Source: an uncultured Alphaproteobacteria bacterium (GTDB lineage: Bacteria; Pseudomonadota; Alphaproteobacteria; CAAHEQ01; UBA3637). Taken from it: 64,000 bases of DNA. Positions 29,031 to 39,281 of this stretch are shown here, in pieces; within the stretch, counting starts at the first letter, position 1, and each line of letters opens with the position of its first letter. The translations under genes were made by a program, and so were the position numbers. The notes beneath the pieces are model-generated. The model made no database searches. It was not told the DNA's origin and worked only from the letters and a program-made list of their open reading frames with translations. The DNA lies in NCBI GenBank assembly GCA_944392125.1, contig CALXVP010000001.1, positions 4,325-68,324 on the forward strand, written 5' to 3'.

Positions 29031-30752
29031 TCAATATGATTTTGATAAATCTTTTAGTAACACTTTATTGATAAATTTCTGCTTGTATGCCACGTGTGAT
29101 GCCGTATTTTCTTGTATTTTGTATGAAGTTATATCGAGGGATTGGATATTAAATTGATCATCTAATCCATACCCCAAATTTTTTAATACCGTATACGGGC
29201 TTTTATGTTCATTCATGGCAATCATCGCATTGATGATATTCTGTGCCACTTGATTTGCCGGAGCGGAAAGGTGTTGGAGAGTTGAAACAGGCGGAAAATA
29301 GGGATTATATTCTTGAATCCTGTTGTAGGCTACAAACACATTTTGAAATTTTTGCTCTTGAAAGCTTTTTTGCGCAAATTTGATGCTTTTAGCTGAAATA
29401 CCCGTATATTCATAAGATAAATCCATACATAAATGTTTATCATCTTCATGAGTGGTTTGTGTAATATATTTATCCGTTCTGACGGCTTTTAAAAAATCAC
29501 TTGTAAAGACCGCTGTCGGTGAAGCGGAAAGCCTAAGCTTTGTTTTTCGCGCCCATTGCCTATTTATATCATTAAAATCAATAAGCACGGTTGTAGAAGA
29601 TGGCGTGTTATCTGATAAAATCTGCGGAATGGAAGGTAAATAATATAAATTTTTCCAGTAATCCACCACCTCCATAAAGTTGTTAAACAAAGTCGGATTA
29701 AGATAGATATGTTTACTAATCAGTGAATCATAAGCATTTTGCCGAGATTTGGATAGTAAAAAATCGCAGAGTGTTTGAATGCAACGCTCTTCGGCTTGAG
29801 CCTGAATATATCGTTGAACGGTAGCAATCTTTTCTGATAGTGAGATATGACCGTTCATGGGAACCGAGTCATTCTCTTTGACTAACATTTTGAAAACATT
29901 GCGTTGATATTGCCGTATTAAAGACTGAATCGCTTTTGATTTGTGATTAAATGTTAAAAGATAGTAGGATTCTGCTTCGGCTTCCGTTACCATATTCATA
30001 GCAACCGATTCAACATTTTTTTTGTTTTTATCACCCCATAAATGATAGTGATATTGCAATACATGCCTCAGTTCATGCAGAAATGTGAACATGCGGGATG
30101 GAGAATTTTTTGAAATAAGCGGAAAAACCTTAATTATCAGTTGTCCGTTATTTTCTAAAACACCGCCGGCAGCCTCTTGATCATATAAACTTTGTTCAGC
30201 GAAAGGCGACATATCAATCGTTAATTTTTGAGAATGTTCCTCTTTGCTAATCTCATCATAAACACTTAAAAATTCATGAAAAATACGATTGATAATCGGT
30301 TGTGACGGTAAGTTTTCTTTTAAATATTGAACGAGTTCTTCAGCGTTTTTCTCGGCTTTATGTTTCTTGCGCTGCGTCTGCGGAGCATCTGGTGCCTCAT
30401 AAGCATATTTGACATGAATATGATTTTGAATCCGTTGCCATTCTTCTGCCGTTATATCATTATATTGTTCATACCACTCTGTCAATGATGTGACGGGCAT
30501 AGTTTCATGCAAAGTATCTTGAAATTGCTTACAAGCTTGTTGCAGATTCTTAAAATCATCGGCGGAAATAAGCAATTTCTCGGCTACTTCATTCTTGATT
30601 TGAAATTTTGCTTGAATGCCTAATTGTTCTAAAAACCATTTTATTTGATTCTTTTCTTGCTCGCTTTGATTATAAAGAGAAAAATAAACTGTTTGATTTT
30701 TAACCAAAAAGTGTTTGTTTGTGCCAAAATAATGAATTATATCGTCTATCAT
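29031..30752 (-). CDS. Large hypothetical protein with an HExxH motif (FLHELRHVLQYHYHLWG...E). Possibly a zinc-metallopeptidase-like protein.
   Basis: 573-aa ORF with no other recognisable domain. The HExxH assignment rests on a single motif. Confidence 0.35.
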   Translation of the reverse strand: MIDDIIHYFGTNKHFLVKNQTVYFSLYNQSEQEKNQIKWFLEQLGIQAKFQIKNEVAEKLLISADDFKNLQQACKQFQDTLHETMPVTSLTEWYEQYNDITAEEWQRIQNHIHVKYAYEAPDAPQTQRKKHKAEKNAEELVQYLKENLPSQPIINRIFHEFLSVYDEISKEEHSQKLTIDMSPFAEQSLYDQEAAGGVLENNGQLIIKVFPLISKNSPSRMFTFLHELRHVLQYHYHLWGDKNKKNVESVAMNMVTEAEAESYYLLTFNHKSKAIQSLIRQYQRNVFKMLVKENDSVPMNGHISLSEKIATVQRYIQAQAEERCIQTLCDFLLSKSRQNAYDSLISKHIYLNPTLFNNFMEVVDYWKNLYYLPSIPQILSDNTPSSTTVLIDFNDINRQWARKTKLRLSASPTAVFTSDFLKAVRTDKYITQTTHEDDKHLCMDLSYEYTGISAKSIKFAQKSFQEQKFQNVFVAYNRIQEYNPYFPPVSTLQHLSAPANQVAQNIINAMIAMNEHKSPYTVLKNLGYGLDDQFNIQSLDITSYKIQENTASHVAYKQKFINKVLLKDLSKSY

Positions 30753-30840
30753 TTTTATTCGCTTTAATGGTGCAATTATGTCAAGTTTATTGCCTATTTA
30801 ATAAATATACATCATGTTTTTTATTTTATCAAGATAAAAA

Positions 30841-31452
30841 TCAAGATTTCTCTTTTTGCAATAAAGAAAGTCCGATATGATAGGTTGTGTTTCGGAGCGT
30901 TTCATCTTCTATATGGCTGACTTTTGCTTCAAGCCGGCGAATTTCTTCTTTTGTCGGTTTACGAATCGGATGAATCGGCTCGGCATGCGGGAAAAGTAAT
31001 TTGCCTTGACTGATGTGAATTTTGGAAACGGCCGGATACCCGAAAAACGTATTGATTCGTTCAATAATTTGATTCTTTTGATGCTCAAATAAAACGGCAA
31101 AAGCCCCGCCGGCACTTTTTACATGCAATGTTCCATGGGTTCTGGAATCTTTTTCAAATGTTAATTTTTCAGGCCGTATCCCTTTTGCCATATCTTCACC
31201 GATTATATCATCCCAACATTCAATAATATCAAGTCCGGCAAAACCGCGGGTTGTCAGCACTTTTTTTGCGATTGATTTGACTTCGTATGTTAAGCGCTCC
31301 GGACCTGCAAATGTGCGTTTGCGAAAGCCCTGCGGATCATGTAAATCATCGCCCTTATCAAAAGCGCGTTCATCGGGCGCATAGGGTTCCGCTTCTCGCT
31401 TTTTTCTGCGCGTTCCGATAGATGATTTCCCGCCACTTGTTTTATTCGTCAT
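30841..31452 (-). CDS. DUF721/DciA-like protein
   Basis: 203 aa. The C-terminal region (GTLHVKSAGGAFAVLFEHQKNQIIERINTFFGYPAVSKIHI) follows the DUF721 pattern (L.V.V.s.a.a.EL....I...IN...G...V..I.F). Confidence 0.45.
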   Translation of the reverse strand: MTNKTSGGKSSIGTRRKKREAEPYAPDERAFDKGDDLHDPQGFRKRTFAGPERLTYEVKSIAKKVLTTRGFAGLDIIECWDDIIGEDMAKGIRPEKLTFEKDSRTHGTLHVKSAGGAFAVLFEHQKNQIIERINTFFGYPAVSKIHISQGKLLFPHAEPIHPIRKPTKEEIRRLEAKVSHIEDETLRNTTYHIGLSLLQKEKS

Positions 31453-31466
31453 TTCAGTGCGCGCCT

Positions 31467-32651
<1,185 letters not shown>

Positions 32652-32654
32652 TCA

Positions 32655-33407
32655 ATGGAAAAAGCGCAAAAGAAAGGTTTTTGGAGCAATTTTTGGGGGT
32701 TGTTTTGGGCGTTGATGATTGCACTCGGAATCAGAGCCTTTTGGTTTGAACCGTATAATATCCCCTCCGGTTCTATGATTCCGACATTGCTTGTCGGAGA
32801 TTATTTGTTTATTACAAAGTATGATTACGGCTATTCACGGCATTCGTTTCCGTTTTCGTTGCCGATTATCCCGTCGGGACGCATTTTTGAAAAAATGCCG
32901 AAGCAGGGCGATATTGTTATTTTTCGGATGACGCCCGAAATTCAACCGACTTTGCAAACTTCCATTGATTATATTAAACGCGTGATTGCCTTGCCGGGCG
33001 ATACCGTTCAGATGAAAAACGGACGCTTGTATATTAACGATGTTTTGGTTGAGCGCACAAAAATCGGTGAAGAAAAGATGAAACTTGAAGCCGGGAAAGA
33101 GATAACTTATACAAAGTATATTGAAACACTGCCCAACGGTATTCAACATGTTATTTTTGAAATCAACGATAATTTACAAGCGGATAATACCGAAAAAATG
33201 ACTGTTCCCGACGGTTATTTTTTCGCGATGGGCGATAATCGAGATAATTCATTGGATTGCCGTTTCTTCGGTCCCGTTCCGTTGGTTAATTTAGAGGGAA
33301 AAGCCCGATTTATCTTTTACTCAAATAACGGCGAAGGTTCTTTTTGGCAATTTTGGAAATGGAAAGATTTTATTCGCACGGATCGGTTATTCCGAAAGTT
33401 AATCTAA
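32655..33407 (+). CDS. lepB: Signal peptidase I
   Basis: 250 aa with the N-terminal TM, the SGSMIPTL catalytic Ser box, the GDNRDNSLDCRFFG box and the catalytic Lys region YIKRVIALPGD. Confidence 0.92.
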   Translation: MEKAQKKGFWSNFWGLFWALMIALGIRAFWFEPYNIPSGSMIPTLLVGDYLFITKYDYGYSRHSFPFSLPIIPSGRIFEKMPKQGDIVIFRMTPEIQPTLQTSIDYIKRVIALPGDTVQMKNGRLYINDVLVERTKIGEEKMKLEAGKEITYTKYIETLPNGIQHVIFEINDNLQADNTEKMTVPDGYFFAMGDNRDNSLDCRFFGPVPLVNLEGKARFIFYSNNGEGSFWQFWKWKDFIRTDRLFRKLI

Positions 33408-33442
33408 TCTAAATAATGAATTAAAAGGACATAAAGAAGTAA

Positions 33443-34132
33443 ATGAAATTACCGTTTTTACCAGCTGATATCAATACGGAATCGCCTTTATATGAACGAG
33501 CATTAACGTTAGCGAATCATCGTAAAAAAGCATTATACGAACGATTGGAATTTTTAGGCGATCGCGTGTTGGGTTTAATTGTTGCCGAAATGCTTTATCG
33601 GCATTTTAAGAACGAGCAAGAGGGTGATTGGGCGATGCGCTTTACACTGCTCGTGCGTGAAGAAACATTGGCGGAGGTTGCCCAAAAAATCGGCTTACCC
33701 GCTTTTTTAATTACCGAAGATAATTCCATGCGCAAAAATCAATCCGTTCTCTCAGACGTAATGGAGGCATTGATTGCAGCGATTTATTTGGATCAAGGAA
33801 TCGTAAAAGCCAAGAAATTCGTTGAAAATCTTTGGATGCCTTTATTAAACAGAGATCACGAAACAATTAAAGATGCCAAATCGGCTTTGCAGGAATGGTC
33901 GCAATCAAAAGTCGGTATCTTGCCGGTGTATGAGTTATTAGAGCGAACAGGGCCGGATCACGCACCGCATTTTCGCGTAAAAGTCAGCATTGAGGGATAT
34001 GGCTCGCAAATCGGTGAGGGCGGTTCCAAAAAAGAAGCAACACAGGTTGCGGCCGAAAAACTCTTATCGGTATTACCACAAAATAAAAAACAAAAGAAAA
34101 AACATCATTCAGGTTATAACGGAGCAAAATAA
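33443..34132 (+). CDS. rnc: Ribonuclease III
   Basis: 229 aa with the signature ERLEFLGDRVLG and a C-terminal dsRBD. Confidence 0.93.
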   Translation: MKLPFLPADINTESPLYERALTLANHRKKALYERLEFLGDRVLGLIVAEMLYRHFKNEQEGDWAMRFTLLVREETLAEVAQKIGLPAFLITEDNSMRKNQSVLSDVMEALIAAIYLDQGIVKAKKFVENLWMPLLNRDHETIKDAKSALQEWSQSKVGILPVYELLERTGPDHAPHFRVKVSIEGYGSQIGEGGSKKEATQVAAEKLLSVLPQNKKQKKKHHSGYNGAK

Positions 34133-34134
34133 GA

Positions 34135-35049
34135 ATGACGGACATTTTACCTGACGCATCAAATCAACATTTCGCTTTCGTAGCCATTTTAGGGGCTCCG
34201 AATGCAGGGAAATCAACACTTGTCAACCAACTCATCGGCGCAAAAGTTTCAATCGTTTCACCGAAAGTTCAAACAACCAGATCACGTATTCGCGGTATTT
34301 TGATTGAAGGAAATGCTCAACTCGTGTTGGTAGATACACCGGGTATTTTTCGCGCAAAACGGCGCTTTGATCGGGCAATGGTAGCCTCGGCTTGGACGGA
34401 ATCGGATGAATCCGATATGCGTTTATTAGTTGTTGATGCCCAAAAAGGTATTGATAAGAATACGAAAGACATTATTGATTCCTTAATCAAAAATAAAAAG
34501 AAAGCAGTTTTAATTATCAACAAGATAGATTTGGTTGTTAAAGAAAAACTTTTACCGTTAATTGCGGCACTGAATGATGCAGGTATCTTTACGGATACCT
34601 TTCTGATTTCCGCACAAACGGGCGAGAATGTAAATGAACTGAAAACGTATTTAAAAGAACATGCCCCGCAATCGCCGTGGATGTTTCCGAGCGATCAACT
34701 TTCGGATTTACCCAACCGACTGTTCGCCGCCGAAATCACGCGCGAGAAACTTTTTATGCTGTTGCAACAAGAATTGCCCTATACCATTGCCGTTACAACG
34801 ACGAATTGGCAAGAGAAAGAAACAGGGATACGCATTGAGCAAACAATCTTTGTTGAGCGGGAAGGGATTAAGCCGATTGTTGTGGGGAAAGGCGGTGCTA
34901 TGATTCGTAAGATTGGCGAAACGGCTCGGCGAGAACTTTCCCGACTGTTTGAAAAGCCGGTTCACTTGTTTTTAACCGTTCGCGTTAAAGAAAATTGGGC
35001 GGATGATCCGGCACGGTTCACTGAATGGGGATTGGATTATAACGTATAG
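34135..35049 (+). CDS. era: GTPase Era
   Basis: 304 aa with G1 GAPNAGKST, DTPG and NKID boxes and a C-terminal KH domain (VGKGGAMIRKIG). Confidence 0.93.
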   Translation: MTDILPDASNQHFAFVAILGAPNAGKSTLVNQLIGAKVSIVSPKVQTTRSRIRGILIEGNAQLVLVDTPGIFRAKRRFDRAMVASAWTESDESDMRLLVVDAQKGIDKNTKDIIDSLIKNKKKAVLIINKIDLVVKEKLLPLIAALNDAGIFTDTFLISAQTGENVNELKTYLKEHAPQSPWMFPSDQLSDLPNRLFAAEITREKLFMLLQQELPYTIAVTTTNWQEKETGIRIEQTIFVEREGIKPIVVGKGGAMIRKIGETARRELSRLFEKPVHLFLTVRVKENWADDPARFTEWGLDYNV

Positions 35050-35062
35050 GAAATTTGCTTAA

Positions 35063-35770
35063 ATGCCCTCATTTAAAATACAAAACGCTTTGTTATTGCA
35101 AGCGCGACCGTTAGGGGAAAAGTCTTATATGCTTTCTCTTTTTACACGTGAAAAGGGACGTTTTTTGGGCGTTGTTAAAGCGAAAAAAATTCCGGATATT
35201 GCTTCGTTTGTAGATGCCCGTTGGCAGGCAAGATTGGAAGAACAAGTGGGAACTTACTACTTGGATGATTTTCGTTCTTTCGCGGCGAACTTTTTGGACG
35301 ATAAGGAACGTCTGAATATTTTACTTAGTGTTTGCGAATTGCTGAATAAGCTGTTGCCCGAGCGACAGGCAAGCGAATTACTCTATGACCGGACCTTATC
35401 ATTGCTCAATCAATTAGACGGAAATTCTTTCATTGAACAATATCTGCGCTGGGAATTATTTTTATTGCATTCAATCGGGTTCGGGCTGGATTTTTCTTCT
35501 TTTGAAAGCGAGGAAACAGATGCTGTCCCAACGTATGTTTCGCCGAAGACGGGAAAAGTTGTGAGCCGTGAAGTCGGACTGCCGTATCATGATAAATTGT
35601 TAAAATTACCGCGGTTTTTGTGGTTTACAAAAGAGCAGGCATTATCAATGAATGATATTTTAAACGGATTTGCTTTAACGGGATATTTTTTAACAATGCA
35701 TGCGGGATTGGGGCATCTGCCTTATGCGCGTGAGGCTTTAATGCACGCAATTTTTATAAAAAAAGAATAA
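35063..35770 (+). CDS. recO: DNA repair protein RecO
   Basis: 235 aa. Its position after rnc-era is conserved and the N-terminal OB-fold pattern is present. Confidence 0.8.
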   Translation: MPSFKIQNALLLQARPLGEKSYMLSLFTREKGRFLGVVKAKKIPDIASFVDARWQARLEEQVGTYYLDDFRSFAANFLDDKERLNILLSVCELLNKLLPERQASELLYDRTLSLLNQLDGNSFIEQYLRWELFLLHSIGFGLDFSSFESEETDAVPTYVSPKTGKVVSREVGLPYHDKLLKLPRFLWFTKEQALSMNDILNGFALTGYFLTMHAGLGHLPYAREALMHAIFIKKE

Positions 35771-35813
35771 TAAATTGAAAGAGCCAAACGCATCAATAAA
35801 AGAACTATCGCAT

Positions 35814-35859
35814 CAAAAAAACACCCCTCGATGAAATACAACGGGTGTTTTTTGTTTTT
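35814..35859. terminator. Bidirectional rho-independent terminator (ACACCC...GGGTGT flanked by an A-run and a T-run) between recO (+) and the 35885..36544 gene (-)
   Basis: 6-bp GC-rich stem, AAAAAAA upstream and TTTTTTGTTTTT downstream. Confidence 0.55.
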
Positions 35860-35884
35860 GCAACAATCCATCAATGTAGTTTTG

Positions 35885-36544
35885 CTACATATCGCGCACA
35901 CGTTCTTTTTCATCCATTAAATAGTGCTCCAAACCGATGAGGCGGTTGAGTTCGTAGACGGAAAGCTGTTCCAGCTGTCTGTCTTGCAACTGTTCAATCA
36001 TAGCGTTAATTTTTGCTTCCCATTCGGCCCGTTCTTCGGGGGATAAGCGCGATAAATCCCGCCGAATGCGCGGTAACTCGGCTTGAATACGTTTTTCCGG
36101 AGTATCCAATTCTTTAAGCAAGTTCATTCCGGCCATAGAGGTTGTAATTTGAATAACTTTATCATCATTCAAAGCGATTTCCTCTTGGTATCTATCCCGT
36201 TCCGGCACAGACATCATTCCGGAAGCATTTTTCTCCTTTGCTTGTTTATATGCAAACTGCATAAACACATTGCACCGATGCAAGTGGTTTAATAATTTTT
36301 GCGTAGCTGCATATTGCGGTGCATTGTAATCCATTTTAAAGAAAATATCGGCTGCAATTTGATATTCAAGCAAAATATCTTTTTCAAGTGTTTCAATTTC
36401 CTGCAATTCGGTATCGGTGATAACATTATCCGAAAACGCGTTTTTAACAAGAATGATTAAATCCCGATAACGGCTTAAAATCGGCAATCGCGATCGACTT
36501 TTATATTCCGGGACAAGATCCGTATATTGGGCTTCTTCCGACAT
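35885..36544 (-). CDS. Hypothetical protein (219 aa, helical, charged)
   Basis: ORF with AAGGAGG RBS and no recognisable family. Confidence 0.55.
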   Translation of the reverse strand: MSEEAQYTDLVPEYKSRSRLPILSRYRDLIILVKNAFSDNVITDTELQEIETLEKDILLEYQIAADIFFKMDYNAPQYAATQKLLNHLHRCNVFMQFAYKQAKEKNASGMMSVPERDRYQEEIALNDDKVIQITTSMAGMNLLKELDTPEKRIQAELPRIRRDLSRLSPEERAEWEAKINAMIEQLQDRQLEQLSVYELNRLIGLEHYLMDEKERVRDM

Positions 36545-36682
36545 TTTTTACCTCCTTTTCCATCATTATCTCTGAAACTAATATAGAATAGTTATCAAAA
36601 AGAATCAACAAAAATCGAATTCGGAAGCAATAAAAAAAGATGCCCATAAAGAGCACCTTTTATTTTTGGAAAAGACTGCTTG

Positions 36683-36955
36683 TTAAGCAACAGCGTCTTT
36701 CAAGCCTTTACCGGCGCGGAATTTCGGTTGTTTTGAAGCCGGAATTTTAATTGTTTCACCTGTGCGCGGGTTACGTCCTTCCGTTGCGGCACGTTTTGCA
36801 ACGGCAAATGTTCCGAAGTTTGTAATGCGCACTTCATCGCCTTTCTTTAAAGCGCCGGCAATAACATCAACCGTCGCATCCAATGCTTTGGCGGCATCTG
36901 TTTTTGAGAGATTACCGGATTTTGCAATCGCATCTACTAATTCTTGTTTGTTCAT
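36683..36955 (-). CDS. hup: DNA-binding protein HU
   Basis: The start was set at MNKQELVDAIA..., preceded by AAGGAG. The sequence contains ...GFGTFAVAKRAATEGRNPRTGETIKIPASKQPKFRAGKGLKDAV, the HU signature. Confidence 0.88.
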   Translation of the reverse strand: MNKQELVDAIAKSGNLSKTDAAKALDATVDVIAGALKKGDEVRITNFGTFAVAKRAATEGRNPRTGETIKIPASKQPKFRAGKGLKDAVA

Positions 36956-37373
36956 AATAAACTCCTTTGTAGAATTTCTTGTGTTTGTTAGGTTGTGCAA
37001 GGATTCCCCTGAACAATTTTATCTTAACGGGGATTATATATGATTGTCAACAACCTTTTTCAAATTTTAAGCGAAAAAAAACAAAATTTTGTCTTTTTTT
37101 GTAAAATTTTCCGTATTTATTCGGGCGTGTTGATGTTTTTTTTGAATAAAAAGTCAAAAAAATAATTTTTTTTGAAAAATCAAGTGCTACTCCAAAAAGA
37201 AACCAAGAATTCATTAAATAAAAAGTGCTTAAACAATTTTTATTTATCCATAAAAATCAATAGATAAGAATTTCTTTAACGAATCGCTCAACGGCTAACA
37301 TCAGCAACTTTTTATGCGTTGCATCTCGAAAAACGTTTTTAATAGCAAAAAACGGTTTAAAAAAACAGCATCA

Positions 37374-37883
37374 TCAGCAAATCATACCGGAAGGCGGTAA
37401 CATTATATCCGATTTTTTATCGGCGTTCGTGGAAGAAACCTCTACCGTTGCATGCAGTTTCTTAAAGAAAGCAATTGTATCGGCATCATTATTTAAATGA
37501 GCGATTGAATCGGCCGTTTCTCCGTAATAATTCTTCATTGAAATTTGAACGTTCGGTTGTTTTAACAGATAGGAAATCATTTCCGTTTTGTTTGCGTTGA
37601 CGGCACACATCAAGGGTGTATTACCGTAGGAATCCCGCGCATTGATATCGCACCCCTCATCAAGCAAAAACGTCATAATCTCAACCGAGCCGTGTTCGGC
37701 AGCATAAACCGTTACGGGTTTTGCAACTTTGCGCCCGTTATCTTCATCCGCCTCAACAAAACTCAACCGTTTCAAGTCCATCAGAGCAGAAACATCTCGC
37801 AACGCGATTAAATCATCGTTATCAATCGCCTGTTGAATTTGTCGGGCCAACATCAAATAAGCATTTTCAATGTCTTGCATGGT
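37374..37883 (-). CDS. Ankyrin-repeat protein (small, about 3 repeats)
   Basis: Start set at MQDIENAYL, preceded by AGGAGGAGGA. Contains LLDEGCDINARDSYGNTPLMCAVNANKTEMISYLL. Confidence 0.7.
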   Translation of the reverse strand, partial: TMQDIENAYLMLARQIQQAIDNDDLIALRDVSALMDLKRLSFVEADEDNGRKVAKPVTVYAAEHGSVEIMTFLLDEGCDINARDSYGNTPLMCAVNANKTEMISYLLKQPNVQISMKNYYGETADSIAHLNNDADTIAFFKKLHATVEVSSTNADKKSDIMLPPSGMIC

Positions 37884-38015
37884 CCTCCTCCTTTGATAGA
37901 TTGTTCTATTATTATATGCTATTTTATGTTTATTGTCAATCAAAATACGGAAAATTGCCGATAACATATTATTTTAATTCAAAAAAAATTTTCTAATTTG
38001 TTTTCAAAAAAATGA

Positions 38016-38061
38016 TTGACAGGGCGATAACTCTATGCTAAAAAATGAGAACAAAAGATGA
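38016..38061 (+). promoter_or_regulatory. lexA promoter (TTGACA-17-TAAAAA) followed by a candidate LexA box (bottom strand TTTC-N7-GTTC, one mismatch from the alphaproteobacterial GTTC-N7-GTTC direct repeat)
   Basis: -35 at 38016..38021 and -10 at 38039..38044. GAACAAAAGATGAAA lies at 38047..38061, just downstream of the -10, as expected for autoregulation. Confidence 0.3.
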
Positions 38062-38082
38062 AAATTTGATATCGGAGGGATC

Positions 38083-38757
38083 ATGCTTACCAAAAAACAA
38101 CACGACTTATTATTGTTTATCGCATCAAATTTAAAAGACAAAGGCATTTGCCCATCGTATGAGGAAATGTGCACATTTTTAGGTTTGCATTCCAAATCCG
38201 GTATCAATCGACTTGTTAAAGCTTTGGAAGAACGAGGATTTATTCGCCGATTGCCGAACAAAGCACGTGCATTGGAAGTTTTAACCATGCCGGAAGAAAA
38301 GGTCGGGGGTTCAAACAATCAGAAATTGATAAATAATCGGCTACAAGAAATGGAAATGGCTGTTGCAAATGATAATCTGGCAGAAATTCCATTATGCGGT
38401 AAAATTGCTTGCGGAACGCCGATTGAGGCTGTTCGCATCAATGAAACGGTTTGTGTGCCGACGCAGATGATGGGCGTTGGTGAGCATTATGCCCTTACGG
38501 TAGAGGGTGATTCTATGAAAAATATCGGTATAATGGATGGGGATACGGTGATTATTCAACGAACAGACACGGCACAAAACGGAATGATTGTGGTTGCTTT
38601 GGTTGATGGATACGAGGTTACATTAAAACGGATACGCATACAAGGGAATAAAGTTGCTTTAATTCCTGAAAACGAGGCATACGAAACACGCATATTGGAT
38701 GCAGACAGAGTGTCTGTGCAGGGGCGCTTAGTCGGCTTATTAAGGAAATATCATTGA
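38083..38757 (+). CDS. lexA: LexA repressor
   Basis: 224 aa with an N-terminal winged HTH, the catalytic Ser in VEGDSMKNIGIMDGD and the Lys in TLKRI. Confidence 0.9.
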   Translation: MLTKKQHDLLLFIASNLKDKGICPSYEEMCTFLGLHSKSGINRLVKALEERGFIRRLPNKARALEVLTMPEEKVGGSNNQKLINNRLQEMEMAVANDNLAEIPLCGKIACGTPIEAVRINETVCVPTQMMGVGEHYALTVEGDSMKNIGIMDGDTVIIQRTDTAQNGMIVVALVDGYEVTLKRIRIQGNKVALIPENEAYETRILDADRVSVQGRLVGLLRKYH

Positions 38758-39281
38758 ATATTGTGTCAAGGTGAAACAAAGCAGTGCGTATGGATTGGCG
38801 GAAGGAGGGTGTGCCATTTGTGAATAATGGTAAATTCATCGCCGAGATTGACCGGTTCGCAGTTATGCAAAGCATCTGTTGCCTGTTTAAGATTTAATAG
38901 GCGAATTATAATTGCTATGTGATATTCAATATGGCATCATCGTATTTTGTGAATTTTAGGATTAAAATTACAGAGAGTGAAATAGAGAAGTTGTGCTGTG
39001 CCACAGTAATATATCGTTCCATTAGAATAGCAAAACAGTTGTATCAATGTGGGCGCAATATCAAGATAGTTAAAGATTGTATAAAAGAGAAGAAGTTGAT
39101 GCAAATATAAAAATTTGCAATGGATTCTTTTGCGCAATTCAACAAGACATCGTTTCCGATAAAGTAGAAAAACAATCGTTTTCGGCGTCTGCTTTTAGCT
39201 TCGTATCTGCTGAATATGATTTAATTGTTTTCGGCGACATTTTTTTATTTCTTTTTTATTTTTATGTGGTATAATGAACGC

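Noticed and set aside
29031-30752. Calling the 573-aa protein a metalloprotease
   Set aside because: A single HExxH occurrence can arise by chance in a protein of this size. It is reported only as a low-confidence lead, not as a product name.
38919-39274. Short ORFs 38919..39110 (+), 38937..39137 (-) and 39077..39274 (+) in the lexA-pentapeptide gap
   Set aside because: They overlap one another on both strands, have no RBS and have AT-driven composition, and the last runs into the downstream promoter. They are more likely non-coding.
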